Source: an uncultured bacterium
GTDB taxonomy: Bacteria > Caldisericota > Caldisericia > B22-G15
DNA: 39,185 nucleotides
NCBI GenBank assembly: GCA_965612865.1
Contig: CBFDTJ010000005.1
Coordinates: 1 to 39,185, forward strand
Reading direction: 5' to 3'
Part shown: piece by piece, positions 37,259-39,185 of the stretch
Numbering within the stretch: the stretch's first letter is position 1
Layout: each line of letters begins with the position of its first letter
Position numbers and translations under genes: made by a program
The notes under the pieces: generated by a model
What the model saw: the letters and a program-made list of their open reading frames with translations, nothing else
Databases searched by the model: none
What the model was told of the DNA's origin: nothing

Positions 37259-37696
37259 ATGGAGACAAAAGGAAGACACTTGATCCTCGAGATCTCTGGA
37301 TGCGATCCAGAAGTGTTAAATGACATTGAGAAAGTGAGAAACATTCTCACAGAAGCAGCAAACAGGGCTAACGCCGAAGTCAGGGAGACGGCTTTTCACC
37401 GATTTTATCCCCAGGGCGTTAGTGGAGTGGTTGTTATATCGGAATCCCATCTCTCTGTGCACACCTGGCCAGAATATGGGTATGCAGCCCTTGACATCTA
37501 CACATGCGGAGAAGATACCGACCCATGGAAAGCGCTTAAATTTGCAGCAGAAGAGTTTAAAGCCAGGGAGGTTTGCCTCACCTCCATTTCACGGGGTGAG
37601 AGGGAGAATGGGAGATTTGTACATAAAATAACAAGAAACTTAACGGGGAATCTTGTGGAGGAAATAGGTGAAGAAGCGGTGGATGTGGTTTCATGA
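37259..37696 (+). CDS. speD: S-adenosylmethionine decarboxylase proenzyme
   Basis: GRHL, F.PQGVSGVVVISESHLSVHTWPE (E-S cleavage site) and AALDIYTCG; ATG 37259 after GGAGGTG. Confidence 0.92.
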   Translation: METKGRHLILEISGCDPEVLNDIEKVRNILTEAANRANAEVRETAFHRFYPQGVSGVVVISESHLSVHTWPEYGYAALDIYTCGEDTDPWKALKFAAEEFKAREVCLTSISRGERENGRFVHKITRNLTGNLVEEIGEEAVDVVS

Positions 37697-38597
37697 TAGG
37701 TTTGAACCCACTGAGGTTCACCTCCATGGGTTCTCAGACTATATAGCTGGAAAGGAGACGGAGTATCAGAAGATAGAGATACTCCAGTCTCCTTTCTTTG
37801 GTAAGATGCTTGTAATTGATGGAGATGTTCAATCCTCTGAAAGGGATGAATATATATATCATGAATCTTTAGTTCATCCGGCTCTAACAATCCTAAAAAA
37901 GCCGGAAAATGTACTTATACTTGGCGGAGGAGAGGGCGCCACTTTAAGAGAGATTTTAAAACACAAAACTATTAAAAGGGTAACAATGGTTGACATTGAC
38001 AGAGAGAGCATTGAATTTGCTAAAAAACATCTTAAGGAGTGGCATAAAGGAGCATTTGAGTCAGAAAAGCTAAATCTTATCCTGGGAGATGCCCTTAAAA
38101 TAGTTAATGAACTTAAAGAGGGTAGTTTTGATGCAATAATATCTGATGTTACAGAACCCTTTGAGGGAGGTCCATCTTACAGGCTTTTCACAAGAGAATT
38201 TTTTGAAAAATTAAAAAGGCTACTTAAAAAAGACGGGGTATTCTCACTTCAGGCATCGATGCTAAGAAATGTTACATACGAACTTCACAGAGCAATACAC
38301 TGGACATTAAAGGAGGTTTTTCACCTTGTCTTCTCCTACTACTCCTATGTCCCTTCCTTTGACACAACCTGGGGTTTTTGTCTTGCAAGTGATGAATTAA
38401 ATCCAGAGGATTTCTCCATAGAGGAGATAGACAGAAGAATAGGTGAGAGAATAGAGGGAGAATTAAGGTTCTACGATGGTGAAACACACAAGAAGTTATT
38501 TCTTTTACCGAAGGATATAAGAGAGATTTTAAAGAAAAAAACAAATATAATAGAAGAAGATAAGCCCTTTGTTTTACCCAAGAAGAATAGTCTCTAA
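37668..38597 (+). CDS. speE: Polyamine aminopropyltransferase (spermidine synthase)
   Basis: T.YQ, LVIDGDVQSSERDEYIYHESLVHP, VLILGGGEGATLRE, MVDID and FDAIISDVTEP. Confidence 0.93.
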   Translation: MKKRWMWFHDRFEPTEVHLHGFSDYIAGKETEYQKIEILQSPFFGKMLVIDGDVQSSERDEYIYHESLVHPALTILKKPENVLILGGGEGATLREILKHKTIKRVTMVDIDRESIEFAKKHLKEWHKGAFESEKLNLILGDALKIVNELKEGSFDAIISDVTEPFEGGPSYRLFTREFFEKLKRLLKKDGVFSLQASMLRNVTYELHRAIHWTLKEVFHLVFSYYSYVPSFDTTWGFCLASDELNPEDFSIEEIDRRIGERIEGELRFYDGETHKKLFLLPKDIREILKKKTNIIEEDKPFVLPKKNSL

Positions 38598-39185
38598 AAG
38601 AAGAGAGAGAAGAATAAAGAAGAGGAAGCCTTCCAAATTTGGAAGGCTTTTGCTTATCATCACCATAACAGCCTCTATAATACTCCTCGTGTTATTCATT
38701 GTTTCATTCAACTACTATGTAAATTTATCTCAAGCGCTTCCAGACATAAGAGAAATAGAGTATGATCCCCCGGAGTCTTCTGAGATATTTGATAGAAGCG
38801 GAAACCTTATAAGAACTGTCTTTTTTGTAGAAAATAGAATCTATGTCCCTCTGTCTGAAATACCAGAAAATTTTGTAAACGCCCTCATTGCCAGTGAGGA
38901 TGCAAGATTCTTTGAACATAAAGGTGTAGACCTTAAGGCAATGTTTAGAGCTTTGTATGTAAACTGGAAAGAAGGTAAAGTAGTTGAGGGAGGCTCAACC
39001 CTGACACAACAGCTTGCAAGGGAGCTTTTTCTTTCAAAGAGAGTTACCATTGAGAGAAAATTAAAGGAGATAATACTTGCCCTTCGTCTTGAAAAGGTTT
39101 ACTCCAAAGAGGAGATACTTGAGTATTACATAAATCAGGTTTACTTTGGTTCAGGTGCATATGGAGTTGAGGCAGCAGCAAGGAA
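38569..39185 (+). CDS. Class A penicillin-binding protein (transglycosylase domain), runs off the right edge
   Basis: Not in the ORF track. The frame opens after TAG 38551; TTG 38569 gives a basic tail, a TM helix, then GT51 motifs EDARFFEHKGVD, GGSTLTQQLAR, RKLKE and KEEILEYYINQVYFG..AYGVEAAA. Confidence 0.9.
   Translation, partial: MFYPRRIVSKRRERRIKKRKPSKFGRLLLIITITASIILLVLFIVSFNYYVNLSQALPDIREIEYDPPESSEIFDRSGNLIRTVFFVENRIYVPLSEIPENFVNALIASEDARFFEHKGVDLKAMFRALYVNWKEGKVVEGGSTLTQQLARELFLSKRVTIERKLKEIILALRLEKVYSKEEILEYYINQVYFGSGAYGVEAAAR

Overview
AT-rich bacterial chromosomal window. The gene content and a giant stalk-domain surface protein suggest a thermophilic anaerobe, possibly Caldisericota-like (inference only). 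Bases 1-21.9 kb are mostly housekeeping: LCP, murJ, a nucleoside-kinase fusion, uvrC, miaA, ynbB-like, cyclodeaminase, ferredoxin, tRNA-Ser(UGA), moaA, moaC-MOSC, DRG-type GTPase, an OadB-type decarboxylase beta subunit, znuACB, MFS, thrC, mnmA and an amidohydrolase. Bases 22.0-34.1 kb form a minus-strand cell-surface locus of three secreted proteins: a ~2327-aa acidic S-layer-like protein, a beta-helix protein and a papain-FN3 protease. This locus has unusually layered regulation readable in the DNA: a sigma54 promoter with tandem enhancer-like palindromes, a ~235-nt structured 5' UTR, an SD-sequestering intercistronic hairpin, and a c-di-GMP-II riboswitch before the protease. Next is a trpB2-serA-like operon under an unannotated Trp leader peptide (WFWWW) with a complete terminator/antiterminator attenuator, followed by slyD, speD-speE and the start of a class A PBP. 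Several genes look leaderless. No mobile element, CRISPR array or rRNA was seen.
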